64,000 nt of DNA from an uncultured delta proteobacterium (GTDB taxonomy: Bacteria > Desulfobacterota > Desulfomonilia > UBA1062): the NCBI GenBank assembly GCA_963798485.1, contig CAWCTR010000030.1, forward strand, positions 128,001-192,000. Reading direction: 5' to 3'. The position numbers and the translations under genes were made by a program. Every line of letters starts with the position of its first letter. Within the stretch, counting starts at the first letter, position 1. Shown here one piece after another: positions 10,247 through 19,155 of this stretch. The notes under the pieces are model-generated. The model saw only the letters and a program-made list of their open reading frames with translations. It searched no databases and was not told the origin of the DNA.

Positions 10247-11072
10247 TTCGTGCAGAGCATTCTTTCTTCCAAGCGCAATAAGGCACTCCCTTACCACCTT
10301 CGCCGCCACAACGGCTGAGACCCCTGTTGGGTCAAGCTGTGGGGCGAGTTCAACAACATCAAGGCCCACAATGTGAAGTCTGGTTATGATTGAGATAAGG
10401 ATGGTGATCAACTCATTGAATATGAGCCCGCCCGGCTCCGGGGTGCCTGTGCCGGGAAAGATCGACGGGTCGAGAATGTCGAGGTCGCAGGTGAGGTAGC
10501 AGGGCTTGGTCCCTGTCCTTAAGGCGATTTGTTCGGGCAGGGATATCATATCGCTTACCAGGACATGCTCCTGCCTTGTGCACGAGCGGATGCCTATCTG
10601 CCGTACGCTTTCAGTGCCCAGGAGGTCCAGTACCCGGCGCATGACCGTGGCATGCGACAGCCTCTGGCCCAGGTATTCTTCCCGCAGGTCTGCATGGGCG
10701 TCCAGGTGGATGACCTTCAGCTCAGGGTATATCTTGGCAGCGGCACGTATGGCGCCCAGACTCATCAGGTGCTCTCCGCCCAACAGGAAAGGGGTCTTTT
10801 CGCTCGGATAAGATATTATGTGTGGTTTCTTCAATGAGTTCGAGCGCAGGGATCGGGTCGCCGAAGGGGAGCTCCAGATCTCCCTTGTCCATGAAGGAGC
10901 AGTCTTCCAGGTCAGCGATCTGGATGAATGAGAAGGTCTCCAGCCCATAGGATGCCTCACGGATCGCACCAGGCCCGAAACGGGACCCTGGACGGAAGCT
11001 TGAAGTGGAATCAAAAGGCGCGCCGAAAATACAAATGGCCCCTTCGGGGTTGGAAGCCATAAAGGTGCTCAT
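10241..11072 (-). pseudogene. speB: Agmatinase with one frameshift near 10800 (extra base in a 4-nt homopolymer; possibly a sequencing error)
   Basis: GAPFDSTSSFRPGSRFGP in one frame; GGEH, DAHAD, DLDILDP, GTGTPEPGG, DVVE in the next. Confidence 0.88.
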
Positions 11073-11100
11073 AGTACGTTATATCCACCCCCCCTTTCTT

Positions 11101-11637
11101 TTAAAAGCTCGGTGGGGCAGAGATCCACAGGATCTTTGCCGTTTTATCTGATCTGTTCTCAAGAGAGTGCTTCTTGTTTGCCGTATAGTAGAAAGCATCC
11201 CCTGACTGCGCGCTGTAGGCCTCTTTACCAAGGTTTATGATGATCTTGCCCATGAGCACGATCCCGCATTCGTCGCCGTAGTGGGCCCTCTCGGGTTCGG
11301 TTCCTGCATCGGGGGCAATGGTCACCAGGAGCATGTCCACTTCCCGGTCCTGGGCTGCTGCGATGAGCACTTCCCGCTTCACGCCGTCTTCCTCTTCAAT
11401 GGTGACACGCTGTCTGCGGTTGAACACCACCACATCCCGGTCTTCCTCTGCGAAAAACTCGCCGGCATTGGTATCAAGTGCGTTCAGTATGAGTTCCAGG
11501 GTGTCCAGAGATGGAGACTGAAGGTCGCGTTCCAAAAGCGAAATGAAACCTTTGGTAAGGTCGGCCCTATTGGCAAGATCTTCCTGGGTAAGACCTTGGG
11601 CGAGCCTCAGATTTTTGATCTTTTCACCAATGTTCAT
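11101..11637 (-). CDS. XRE-family HTH plus cupin transcriptional regulator (PuuR-like)
   Basis: IGEKIKNLR..LTQEDLA..TKGFISLLERD..PSL HTH; cupin HYGDECG..GDAFYY..HSLEN; heads the polyamine cluster. Confidence 0.88.
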   Translation of the reverse strand: MNIGEKIKNLRLAQGLTQEDLANRADLTKGFISLLERDLQSPSLDTLELILNALDTNAGEFFAEEDRDVVVFNRRQRVTIEEEDGVKREVLIAAAQDREVDMLLVTIAPDAGTEPERAHYGDECGIVLMGKIIINLGKEAYSAQSGDAFYYTANKKHSLENRSDKTAKILWISAPPSF

Positions 11638-11670
11638 CTCTTTCTCTCGAACGACTTAAGTGTATCTAAT

Positions 11671-11730
11671 AGTTTATTGTAGTAAACTGTTTTACGCGGT
11701 TTATTATGATAAATGACCCCCCTCTGTCAA
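11671..11730 (-). promoter_or_regulatory. Putative sigma70 promoter with two palindromic operator-like boxes
   Basis: Minus strand TTGACA (11730-11725)-16 nt-CATAAT; GTTTA-N6-TAAA(C/T) at 11672-11687 and 11699-11714. Confidence 0.5.
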
Positions 11731-11767
11731 GGGATATTTTATGGGGTTTGATGATAGGCGTAAAAGA

Positions 11768-12544
11768 TTACAGTGCTTTGAATTTGTTTTTGGATTGACC
11801 GATGCGGCTAACCGGCCGGTAGGGGTCGTGCTCATAGACAAGCTGCCATCCCTTCCGGATGGCTTCATTGAGGATCTTTTTCTTGGTTTCGAGTATCTCC
11901 AAGGGGTAGAGGTCATAGGACATGATGCAGGGCAGATGCACGTGGGCGGCAGTGGGGATGAGGTCGCCCGGATAGAGAACTTCATCATCGATGAGCACGC
12001 TCATATGCCCGCGCGTATGTCCGGGGGTTGCCAGGACCTGGATGCCATCTACTATTATGCAGGGCGGATCTACCAGATGCAGCTTTTCCCCGAGAAGATC
12101 AAGATCGGCCTTCCGGTAGCTCCCTTTGCTCAAGAGGCTCTTGCTGTGTGCGTCTTCCCACTCCAGGCGCGAGATGACCACCTCTGAACGCACGGTCATA
12201 TCATGGATGCCTCCGCAGTGATCGAAGTGGAGATGGGTGCAGATGAGACAGTCAACCGGTTCTTTCATGAGACTGACCTGTTCGAGGGTGGTGCCGAGGA
12301 TGTCCCAATCCTTTTTGGTGTAGAGTGATCCGAGGCCGGTATCCACGAGATAGGTCCTTCCTTGCTTGTTGATACGCAGGATATTGGTGGCCATGACGAT
12401 CCGGTTCTGCTCGTCCGGGGGAAACCATGTCTCCCACATAACCTTCGGCACCCGCCCGAACATGCCGCCGCCATCCAGCAGGAAGTTGCCGCAGTTGATG
12501 ACTTCAATGGTTGTGCCGTGTTTGGTCGTAAAGGTCATGCCCAC
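11768..12544 (-). CDS. MBL-fold metallo-hydrolase (YtnP-like)
   Basis: LDGGGMFG.VPK..W, THLHFDHCGG, TPGHTRGH, GDLIP, HD. Confidence 0.88.
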   Translation of the reverse strand: MGMTFTTKHGTTIEVINCGNFLLDGGGMFGRVPKVMWETWFPPDEQNRIVMATNILRINKQGRTYLVDTGLGSLYTKKDWDILGTTLEQVSLMKEPVDCLICTHLHFDHCGGIHDMTVRSEVVISRLEWEDAHSKSLLSKGSYRKADLDLLGEKLHLVDPPCIIVDGIQVLATPGHTRGHMSVLIDDEVLYPGDLIPTAAHVHLPCIMSYDLYPLEILETKKKILNEAIRKGWQLVYEHDPYRPVSRIGQSKNKFKAL

Positions 12545-12657
12545 AACGGACCACTATCATGCTGAAATACACCTTGTAAAGATCAGGGATTTTTAGGGTG
12601 TACGTCGCGGCATTGTCTTTCTTGTATGCATGCCTTATAGATGACAAGGGTATCTGT

Positions 12658-13530
12658 ATGAAAATGAACAACAGCAGCCGGGGTATGAATAACGGTAAAA
12701 TTCACCTGCTGTTCCAGACTGTGTTCATCCTTGCAGGTATGGGTGGTTTATTCGGCCTGCTCGGCTGGATGATCTTCGGGACAACAGGGTTCCTCTGCGC
12801 CCTTGTTATCGCCTTTTTGTTTTTTCTATTCACCCCAAAGGTATCTCCCTGGCTGGTGCTCAGGATGTATAGGGCAAGGAGGTTATCTTATAATGAAGCC
12901 CCTGGCCTTTTTGATATTGTGATGGATTTCTCAAAAAAGGCCGGGCTTTCTACTATTCCTCTCCTGTACTATGTGCCGAACCGCATGATGAACGCATTCA
13001 GCATAGGCTCGGCCAAAGGCTCGGCCATTGCCCTTTCTGACGGTATCGTGAGATATTTAGGGCGGCGTGAAATCGCCGGCGTGCTGGCCCATGAGATAAC
13101 CCACATTAAAAACAACGATCTCAGGCTCCATGCCCTGGCGGATCTTATGACCAGGATTACAAGCCTCCTATCGTTCCTTGGTCAGGCCTTGATAATCCTC
13201 TACCTCCCCATGGTCTTCTTTTCAAAAACGGATATCCCCCTCATCCCTATCCTCCTGCTCATCTTCGCACCTTCCGTGAGCGTACTGCTTCAACTCGCCT
13301 TGTCACGTACCCGTGAGTTTGATGCAGACCTTGGCTCTGCAGAATTGACCGGTGACCCAATGGCCCTCGCCTCGGCATTACAGAAAATGGATCATTACGA
13401 GCGAGGCATATGGGACATTGTGTATTTACCAGGACGGAAACAGTCTCATCCATCCATATTGAGGACCCACCCGAATACAAAAGAGCGGCTGGAAAGGCTT
13501 TCTGCTCTTGCAGAAAAGAGAAATACATAA
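12658..13530 (+). CDS. HtpX-like M48 zinc metalloprotease
   Basis: NAF, HEITH (HExxH), SRTREFDAD, THP..ERL; transmembrane segments. Confidence 0.88.
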   Translation: MKMNNSSRGMNNGKIHLLFQTVFILAGMGGLFGLLGWMIFGTTGFLCALVIAFLFFLFTPKVSPWLVLRMYRARRLSYNEAPGLFDIVMDFSKKAGLSTIPLLYYVPNRMMNAFSIGSAKGSAIALSDGIVRYLGRREIAGVLAHEITHIKNNDLRLHALADLMTRITSLLSFLGQALIILYLPMVFFSKTDIPLIPILLLIFAPSVSVLLQLALSRTREFDADLGSAELTGDPMALASALQKMDHYERGIWDIVYLPGRKQSHPSILRTHPNTKERLERLSALAEKRNT

Positions 13531-13638
13531 GGGTATTGGGGTTTGACTGAATTGGCCCTTTAGTGTTAATGAGTATTAGATTGATTCGAGAGATAGTCAC
13601 GGAAATATTCAAGAAATTCAAAGCAAAGGGGAGTAGGA

Positions 13639-14751
13639 ATGAAGAGAGCACTGATTTTCTTGCCGGCAATCGCATTCATGATGGTTGCCGGTTCGCTCTT
13701 TGCGGCGGATACGATCAAATTCGGGGTAGCGGGCGCACACAGCGGAGACCTTTCGTCCTATGGTCTTCCCAGTTTAAATGCGGCAAAGCTCGTGGTGGGT
13801 GAGGTGAATGCCAAGGGCGGTATTCTCGGCAAGAAGGTGGAGATCCTTCCTGCGGACGATGTATGTAAGCCCGAAGTGGCTGCCAATGTTGCAAGCAAGC
13901 TTGTATCCGACGGCGTCAATGTCGTACTCGGTCACATTTGCAGTGGCGCAACAAAGACCGGCCTTGGAATTTACAAAGAAGCAAAGATAATAACGATGTC
14001 TCCTTCTGCAACGAAAACAGACCTGACCATGAGTGGTGAATACCCGAATTTTTTCCGTACAATAGGATCAGGTGATTATCAAGCAATGATTATAACAAGG
14101 TTTGCTTTAAAGAGGCTCAAGCTCAAGACGTTCGCATTGATACATGACAAAGGTGACTACGGTAAGGATGTTGCTGAATCTGCGATGAAGTATCTCAATA
14201 AGGTTAGTGGTGTTAAAGTGGTGCTCTTTGAAGGTATTACACCTGGTGCTGTCGACTATTCAGCAATTGTACAAAAAATCAATCGTTCAAAAGCAGAAGC
14301 GGTAATTTATGGTGGATATCATCCCGAGGCTGCAAAGATAGTTGTGAGGATGAGAAACAAGGAAATGAAGACTCTTTTTATTTCTGATGATGGTGTTAAA
14401 GATGATACCTTCATTAAGGTAGCAGGAAGTAATGCAGAGGGAATATATGCGACAGGCCCAGCTGATACATCCAAGAACCCCATGGCCATTGCAGCCAATG
14501 AGAAGCACAAGAAGACATTCGGTACCGATCCGGGGGCATTTTATCTGAATGCATACGCTGCATCCCTGTGCCTGCTTCAGGCCATCGAAAAGGCCGGCTC
14601 CACCAATTACGATGCAGTTTCCCAGGCGTTGCGTACCAACTGGTTCGAGACACCGCTCGGAAAGATCAGCTTTGACAAACACGGCGATGCCAAAGGAATC
14701 AGCTTCTCCATGTACCAGGTACAGAAGGGTATGTACGTAGAGGTACAATAG
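13639..14751 (+). CDS. livK: Branched-chain amino acid ABC transporter substrate-binding protein
   Basis: Signal peptide; NAKGGILG, DDVCKPE, GHICSGAT, DKGDYG, GGYHPEAA. Confidence 0.88.
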   Translation: MKRALIFLPAIAFMMVAGSLFAADTIKFGVAGAHSGDLSSYGLPSLNAAKLVVGEVNAKGGILGKKVEILPADDVCKPEVAANVASKLVSDGVNVVLGHICSGATKTGLGIYKEAKIITMSPSATKTDLTMSGEYPNFFRTIGSGDYQAMIITRFALKRLKLKTFALIHDKGDYGKDVAESAMKYLNKVSGVKVVLFEGITPGAVDYSAIVQKINRSKAEAVIYGGYHPEAAKIVVRMRNKEMKTLFISDDGVKDDTFIKVAGSNAEGIYATGPADTSKNPMAIAANEKHKKTFGTDPGAFYLNAYAASLCLLQAIEKAGSTNYDAVSQALRTNWFETPLGKISFDKHGDAKGISFSMYQVQKGMYVEVQ

Positions 14752-14831
14752 CAAATGAATCCCTTGAAAGGGGATGGGAAACCTACGTCCCTTTACTTTT
14801 TCAAATAAGGAACATATCATCTAAGGTATAC

Positions 14832-15731
14832 ATGGACTACTTCTTAGAACTCTTCTTCGGCGGGCTCATACGCGGCAGTATTTATGCACTCATTGCTTTG
14901 GGCTATACCATGGTCTACGGGATTATAGAGCTCATCAACTTTGCCCATGGTGAGATCTATATGATCGGCGCCTTTACGGCCCTGATCGTTGCGAGCGCGC
15001 TGGCTCTCATGGGTATGAGCGGCTGGTCGCTTCTTGTTCTGGCCGGGATAGTGGCCATGATATATTCGGCAGCCTACGGGTTTACCCTTGAGAAGATCGC
15101 CTATAAGCCCCTACGCAAGGCCCAGAGGCTCTCGCCTCTTATCAGCGCCATCGGTATGTCTATTTTCCTGCAGAATTATGTACTGCTTGCCCAGACATCC
15201 GATTTTGTCTCTTTCCCGGCATTAATCAAAGAATTCACCTTCATGAAGAATGTAACCATAATGCGTTCCTCGGAACTGGTAATCTTTATAACCACCATAG
15301 TGGCCACGACCCTGCTTACACTCTTCATCAAGTTCACGCGCATGGGCAAGGCCATGCGTGCCGTGGCCCAGGACAAGACCATGGCCATGCTGCTCGGCGT
15401 GAATGTGAACCGGGTCATCTCGGTGACTTTCATCATCGGGAGCGCCCTGGCAGCTGTCGGGGGTGTGCTCATATCATCTTATATCGGGCAGATCAATTTC
15501 TCTATCGGCTTCATCGCAGGTATCAAGGCCTTCACTGCGGCTGTCCTTGGCGGCATAGGCAGCATCCCAGGCGCCGTTCTCGGCGGCATGATACTAGGAT
15601 GGACCGAGAGCTTTGCAACAGGCTATGTATCGAGCGACTACGAAGACGTGTTCGCCTTCGGCCTGCTCGTGTTCATCCTCATTTTCAGACCCGCAGGAAT
15701 CCTCGGGAAGACCACCTCGGAAAAGGTGTAA
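14832..15731 (+). CDS. livH: Branched-chain amino acid ABC transporter permease
   Basis: GSIYALIALGYTMVYGII..INFAHGE, GKAMRA, KAFTAAVLGGIGS. Confidence 0.93.
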   Translation: MDYFLELFFGGLIRGSIYALIALGYTMVYGIIELINFAHGEIYMIGAFTALIVASALALMGMSGWSLLVLAGIVAMIYSAAYGFTLEKIAYKPLRKAQRLSPLISAIGMSIFLQNYVLLAQTSDFVSFPALIKEFTFMKNVTIMRSSELVIFITTIVATTLLTLFIKFTRMGKAMRAVAQDKTMAMLLGVNVNRVISVTFIIGSALAAVGGVLISSYIGQINFSIGFIAGIKAFTAAVLGGIGSIPGAVLGGMILGWTESFATGYVSSDYEDVFAFGLLVFILIFRPAGILGKTTSEKV

Positions 15732-15742
15732 AGACTTAAACC

Positions 15743-16993
15743 ATGAACACTGATACGAAATCTTTTATGCAGCGGGCCTTAGGAGAGATCACTCAATCGG
15801 GCATGGCTGCGCTGTGGTTTATGTTCCTTACCTTTCCCCTCATGGTCATGAAGGTCAATACGCTGGACCGTACAATTCAGTGGCGCTGGATGAACATGCT
15901 TTATGTAGGTATCGGTGCGTTTTCTCTCTCTTTTGTCTGGCGCTACCTCCTCACGCGCAAGGAAACAGGGGCGTCCAGGGATGATGCCGAGACCTGGCAG
16001 AAGAGGGCAGGCAAATTCATCCGGTCGGATAAACGCATTTATATACCCTGCATGGCATGCTTGGCTCTCTTTGCTGTCATCTTTCCATTTTTATTTTCCA
16101 GTTACCAGACCTCCATCATGATCACGGCGCTCATGTATGTAATGCTGGGTCTGGGGCTCAATATCGTGGTTGGACTGGCGGGACTGCTCAACCTGGGATA
16201 CGTGGCATTCTATGCGGTAGGCGCCTATTTCTATGCGCTCATGAATCATCATTTCGGGCTCGGCTTCTGGGTGGCCCTGCCGCTCTCCGGGGTCTTGGCG
16301 GCCACATTCGGTATCCTACTCGGCTTCCCGGTGCTCCGCTTACGGGGTGATTACCTGGCTATTGTCACACTGGGTTTTGGTGAGATCATCAAGCTTATCC
16401 TGGAGAACTGGAACGGGTTGTCGTATGGCCCAAGCGGTATTGCCGGGATATCCAGGCCTTCTACCTTCGGTATTCAACTCACCCTCCAGCAGCACATGGT
16501 CTACCTCTACTACATCATGATCATGCTGGTAATCTTTACCATGCTCGTGGTGGGCAGGCTTAGGAACTCACGGATCGGAAGGGCATGGATAGCGCTCCGC
16601 GAAGACGAGGTAGCCTGCCAGGTCATGGGGATCGACAAGACCGCCACCAAGCTTATGGCCTTCGCACTTGGCGCTACATGGGCTGGGTTTGTGGGCTGCA
16701 TCCTGGCAGCCAAAACCACCTTCATCAACCCTGCGAGTTTTACCTTTATGGAATCGGCCATGATCCTCTCCATCGTGGTGCTGGGAGGTATGGGGTCAAT
16801 AGTGGGGGTGATGGTGGGCGCCTTTATCCTCATCCTACTCCCCGAGTATCTGAGGGCCTTTTCCGAGTACCGCATGCTTGCCTTCGGTGCAAGTATGGTT
16901 CTCATCATGGTCTTCAGGCCGCAAGGCATCATCAGCGGCATCAGGCAGCGATACGAGTTTCATCAGGAAACCCCCGAGGTGGCCCAGAAATGA
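15743..16993 (+). CDS. livM: Branched-chain amino acid ABC transporter permease
   Basis: GLNIVVGLAGLL.LGYVAFYAVGAY, LRLRGDYLAIVTLGFGEI, GRAWIALREDE. Confidence 0.93.
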   Translation: MNTDTKSFMQRALGEITQSGMAALWFMFLTFPLMVMKVNTLDRTIQWRWMNMLYVGIGAFSLSFVWRYLLTRKETGASRDDAETWQKRAGKFIRSDKRIYIPCMACLALFAVIFPFLFSSYQTSIMITALMYVMLGLGLNIVVGLAGLLNLGYVAFYAVGAYFYALMNHHFGLGFWVALPLSGVLAATFGILLGFPVLRLRGDYLAIVTLGFGEIIKLILENWNGLSYGPSGIAGISRPSTFGIQLTLQQHMVYLYYIMIMLVIFTMLVVGRLRNSRIGRAWIALREDEVACQVMGIDKTATKLMAFALGATWAGFVGCILAAKTTFINPASFTFMESAMILSIVVLGGMGSIVGVMVGAFILILLPEYLRAFSEYRMLAFGASMVLIMVFRPQGIISGIRQRYEFHQETPEVAQK

Positions 16994-17787
16994 CAGCCAT
17001 GAAGCCTGTGCTCGACATCAGGGGGCTCACCATGGACTTCGGGGGTCTGCGGGCCATCGATACGATCAGTATCCAGGTGAATAAAGGGGAGATCGTGGCA
17101 TTGATAGGCCCCAACGGAGCAGGCAAGACCACATTCTTTAATTGCATCACCGGTATCTACGAGCCTACCAAAGGAGACATGATCATCAATCCGCCCGGTA
17201 AGGCCTCCCGCAGGATAAATAAACTCAAGCCCAACATCGTCACCAAGCACGGTCTGGCGCGCACCTTTCAAAACATACGGCTTTTCCAGAAGATGACCGT
17301 GCTGGAAAACGTCATGGTGGCAAGGCACTGCAGGACACACTCGGGTATTGCAGGGGCCATCTTCAGGGACAAGAAGACACGTATGGAAGAGCGGGAGATA
17401 GTGGATTTCTCCTACCGGATGCTCGAAAAGATGGGGCTTTCCCACTATGTGAATGAGCCGGCCCGGGAGCTTCCTTACGGGGCTCAGCGAAGGCTCGAGA
17501 TAGCCCGGGCCATGGCCACCGAACCCTTCCTGCTCCTCCTGGACGAACCGGCAGCCGGTATGAACCCCAAGGAGACCGGGGAGCTCGACGAGCTTATTAC
17601 CCGGATCCGTGATGAAGACGGGATCTCCATCCTCCTTATCGAGCACGACATGAAGCTTGTCATGAGCATATCCGAGCGCATCTATGTCCTTGACTATGGG
17701 CAGATGATCGCCCAAGGGACACCCAGAGAGATAGTCGAGAATCCAAATGTCATCAAGGCATATCTCGGGGAGGCCTTTGATGCTTAA
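16990..17787 (+). CDS. livG: Branched-chain amino acid ABC transporter ATP-binding protein
   Basis: GPNGAGKTT, RTFQNIRLF, LPYGAQRRLEIARA, DEPAAG, EHDM, AYLG; ATGA overlap with livM. Confidence 0.93.
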   Translation: MTAMKPVLDIRGLTMDFGGLRAIDTISIQVNKGEIVALIGPNGAGKTTFFNCITGIYEPTKGDMIINPPGKASRRINKLKPNIVTKHGLARTFQNIRLFQKMTVLENVMVARHCRTHSGIAGAIFRDKKTRMEEREIVDFSYRMLEKMGLSHYVNEPARELPYGAQRRLEIARAMATEPFLLLLDEPAAGMNPKETGELDELITRIRDEDGISILLIEHDMKLVMSISERIYVLDYGQMIAQGTPREIVENPNVIKAYLGEAFDA

Positions 17788-18487
17788 GGTAAAGAACCTC
17801 CATACCTACTACGGCGGTATCCATGCATTGAAGAGTGTTTCCCTGGAGCTTGCCCAAGGCGAGATAGTGACCCTGATAGGTGCCAATGGCGCAGGCAAGT
17901 CCACTACACTTATGTCCATCTGCGGCATCGCGCCGCCGCGATATGGCGAGATCCACTTTATGGGCCGGCCCACCCAAAATATGAGTCCTGACAAGATATT
18001 CGCCTTAGGCATCGTACAGGTTCCTGAGGGCAGGAGAATATTTCCCAACATGACCGTTACTGAGAATCTTGACATGGGGGCATACCTGAGAAAGGACAAG
18101 GCCGGCATCAAAGGAGACCTTGATTATATCTTTAACCTCTTTCCCCGCCTGGCGGAACGGCGCCACCAGTCAGGTGGGACGCTGTCCGGCGGCGAGCAGC
18201 AGATGCTCGCCATATCCCGCGGACTCATGAGCAGGCCCAAGCTCCTGCTGCTGGATGAGCCGTCGCTGGGATTGGCGCCGGTGCTCGTACAGCTTATCTT
18301 CGAGACCATCAGCAAGATCAACCGCGAGAACAAGACCACAATATTCCTCGTGGAGCAGAACGCCAACATGGCGCTTCGCATAGCGCACCGGGGTTATGTG
18401 ATAGAGAGTGGTGCAATCGCCATGGAGGATACCGCATCAAACCTTTTAAAGAGCGAGAAGATCAAGGCGGCGTATCTGGGGCTATGA
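17780..18487 (+). CDS. livF: Branched-chain amino acid ABC transporter ATP-binding protein
   Basis: GANGAGKST, VPEGRRIF, LSGGEQQML, DEPSLGLAP, EQNA. Confidence 0.93.
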   Translation: MLKVKNLHTYYGGIHALKSVSLELAQGEIVTLIGANGAGKSTTLMSICGIAPPRYGEIHFMGRPTQNMSPDKIFALGIVQVPEGRRIFPNMTVTENLDMGAYLRKDKAGIKGDLDYIFNLFPRLAERRHQSGGTLSGGEQQMLAISRGLMSRPKLLLLDEPSLGLAPVLVQLIFETISKINRENKTTIFLVEQNANMALRIAHRGYVIESGAIAMEDTASNLLKSEKIKAAYLGL

Positions 18488-18533
18488 ATGTTTTTATCTG
18501 ATTTGATATATGATATAAAGGGGAAGATCGATA

Positions 18534-18762
18534 ATGCAGATCCATTTTTCACGGCATGCGAAGAGGAGAGCACGGCTTTATAACATAGCAGAATCGATGA
18601 TAGTGGATGTATTGAAATGATAGAGAATTGTCACAGGGTGAGCATGAGATTATAGAAAAGATGGCAGGGATAGGGTATCCTGTGAAGATCGTTGTTCGTG
18701 TTGAGGATGATATAATAACGGTTATAACGAGTTACCCTTTAAAGAAGGGGAGATCGAAATGA
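18534..18762 (+). pseudogene. DUF4258-like putative toxin with one frameshift near 18617
   Basis: Manual translation MQIHFSRHAKRRARLYNIAESMIVDVL / DRELSQGEHEIIEKMAGIGYPVKIVVRVEDDIITVITSYPLKKGRSK*; ATGA overlap with the next gene. Confidence 0.6.
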
Positions 18763-18986
18763 AAGTATGTTACGACAAGAAGGTAGATGCACTGTATATC
18801 AAGCTGGGGACCAGGTCACCGGATGGGGTTGTTGAGATTTCAGAAGGTGTCAACTTGGATACCACCTCAGACGGAAAAATCGTTGGAATAGAGATCCTCA
18901 ATGCCTCCAAAAAAATGGATATCAATACAATTCTCTCATATCAGCTTGAATTTGATAAAAAGTTGCTGACTCAAAAGGTTGCCTAA
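18759..18986 (+). CDS. DUF2283-family protein (putative antitoxin partner)
   Basis: MKVCYDKKVDALYI..D...DGKIVGIEILNAS signature. Confidence 0.85.
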   Translation: MKVCYDKKVDALYIKLGTRSPDGVVEISEGVNLDTTSDGKIVGIEILNASKKMDINTILSYQLEFDKKLLTQKVA

Positions 18987-19062
18987 CTGTTAGCTCCACA
19001 GGACGGTTGATTGACAGACACAGGACATAGGTTACCTTTTACTCCCCATAGTGGTGAATCCG

Positions 19063-19127
19063 CTGTAGGAGCGGCTTCAGCCGCGATTTTATCTCACCCA
19101 TGATCGCGCCTGAAGGCGCTCCTACAG
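19063..19127. repeat. GTAG-family REP doublet, copy 3
   Basis: CTGTAGGAGCGGCTTCAGCCGCGAT..ATCGCGCCTGAAGGCGCTCCTACAG. Confidence 0.88.
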
Positions 19128-19155
19128 ACGTTGCAATAATCGTCGATTCTACAAT

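Noticed and set aside
9005-10318. 437-aa + strand ORF
   Set aside because: Antisense shadow of the carboxyspermidine dehydrogenase gene
16585-16989. Long N-terminal extension of livG in the ORF track
   Set aside because: Overlaps livM out of frame; the ATG at 16990 gives a normal coupled start
19020-19036. CAGGACATAGGTTAC resembling an IS481-type end
   Set aside because: Lacks the terminal ACA, and has no partner end or transposase
18980-19040. Possible attC site after DUF2283 (GCCTAAC at the stop codon)
   Set aside because: No properly spaced complementary GTTRRRY or L boxes, and no integrase or further cassettes in the window
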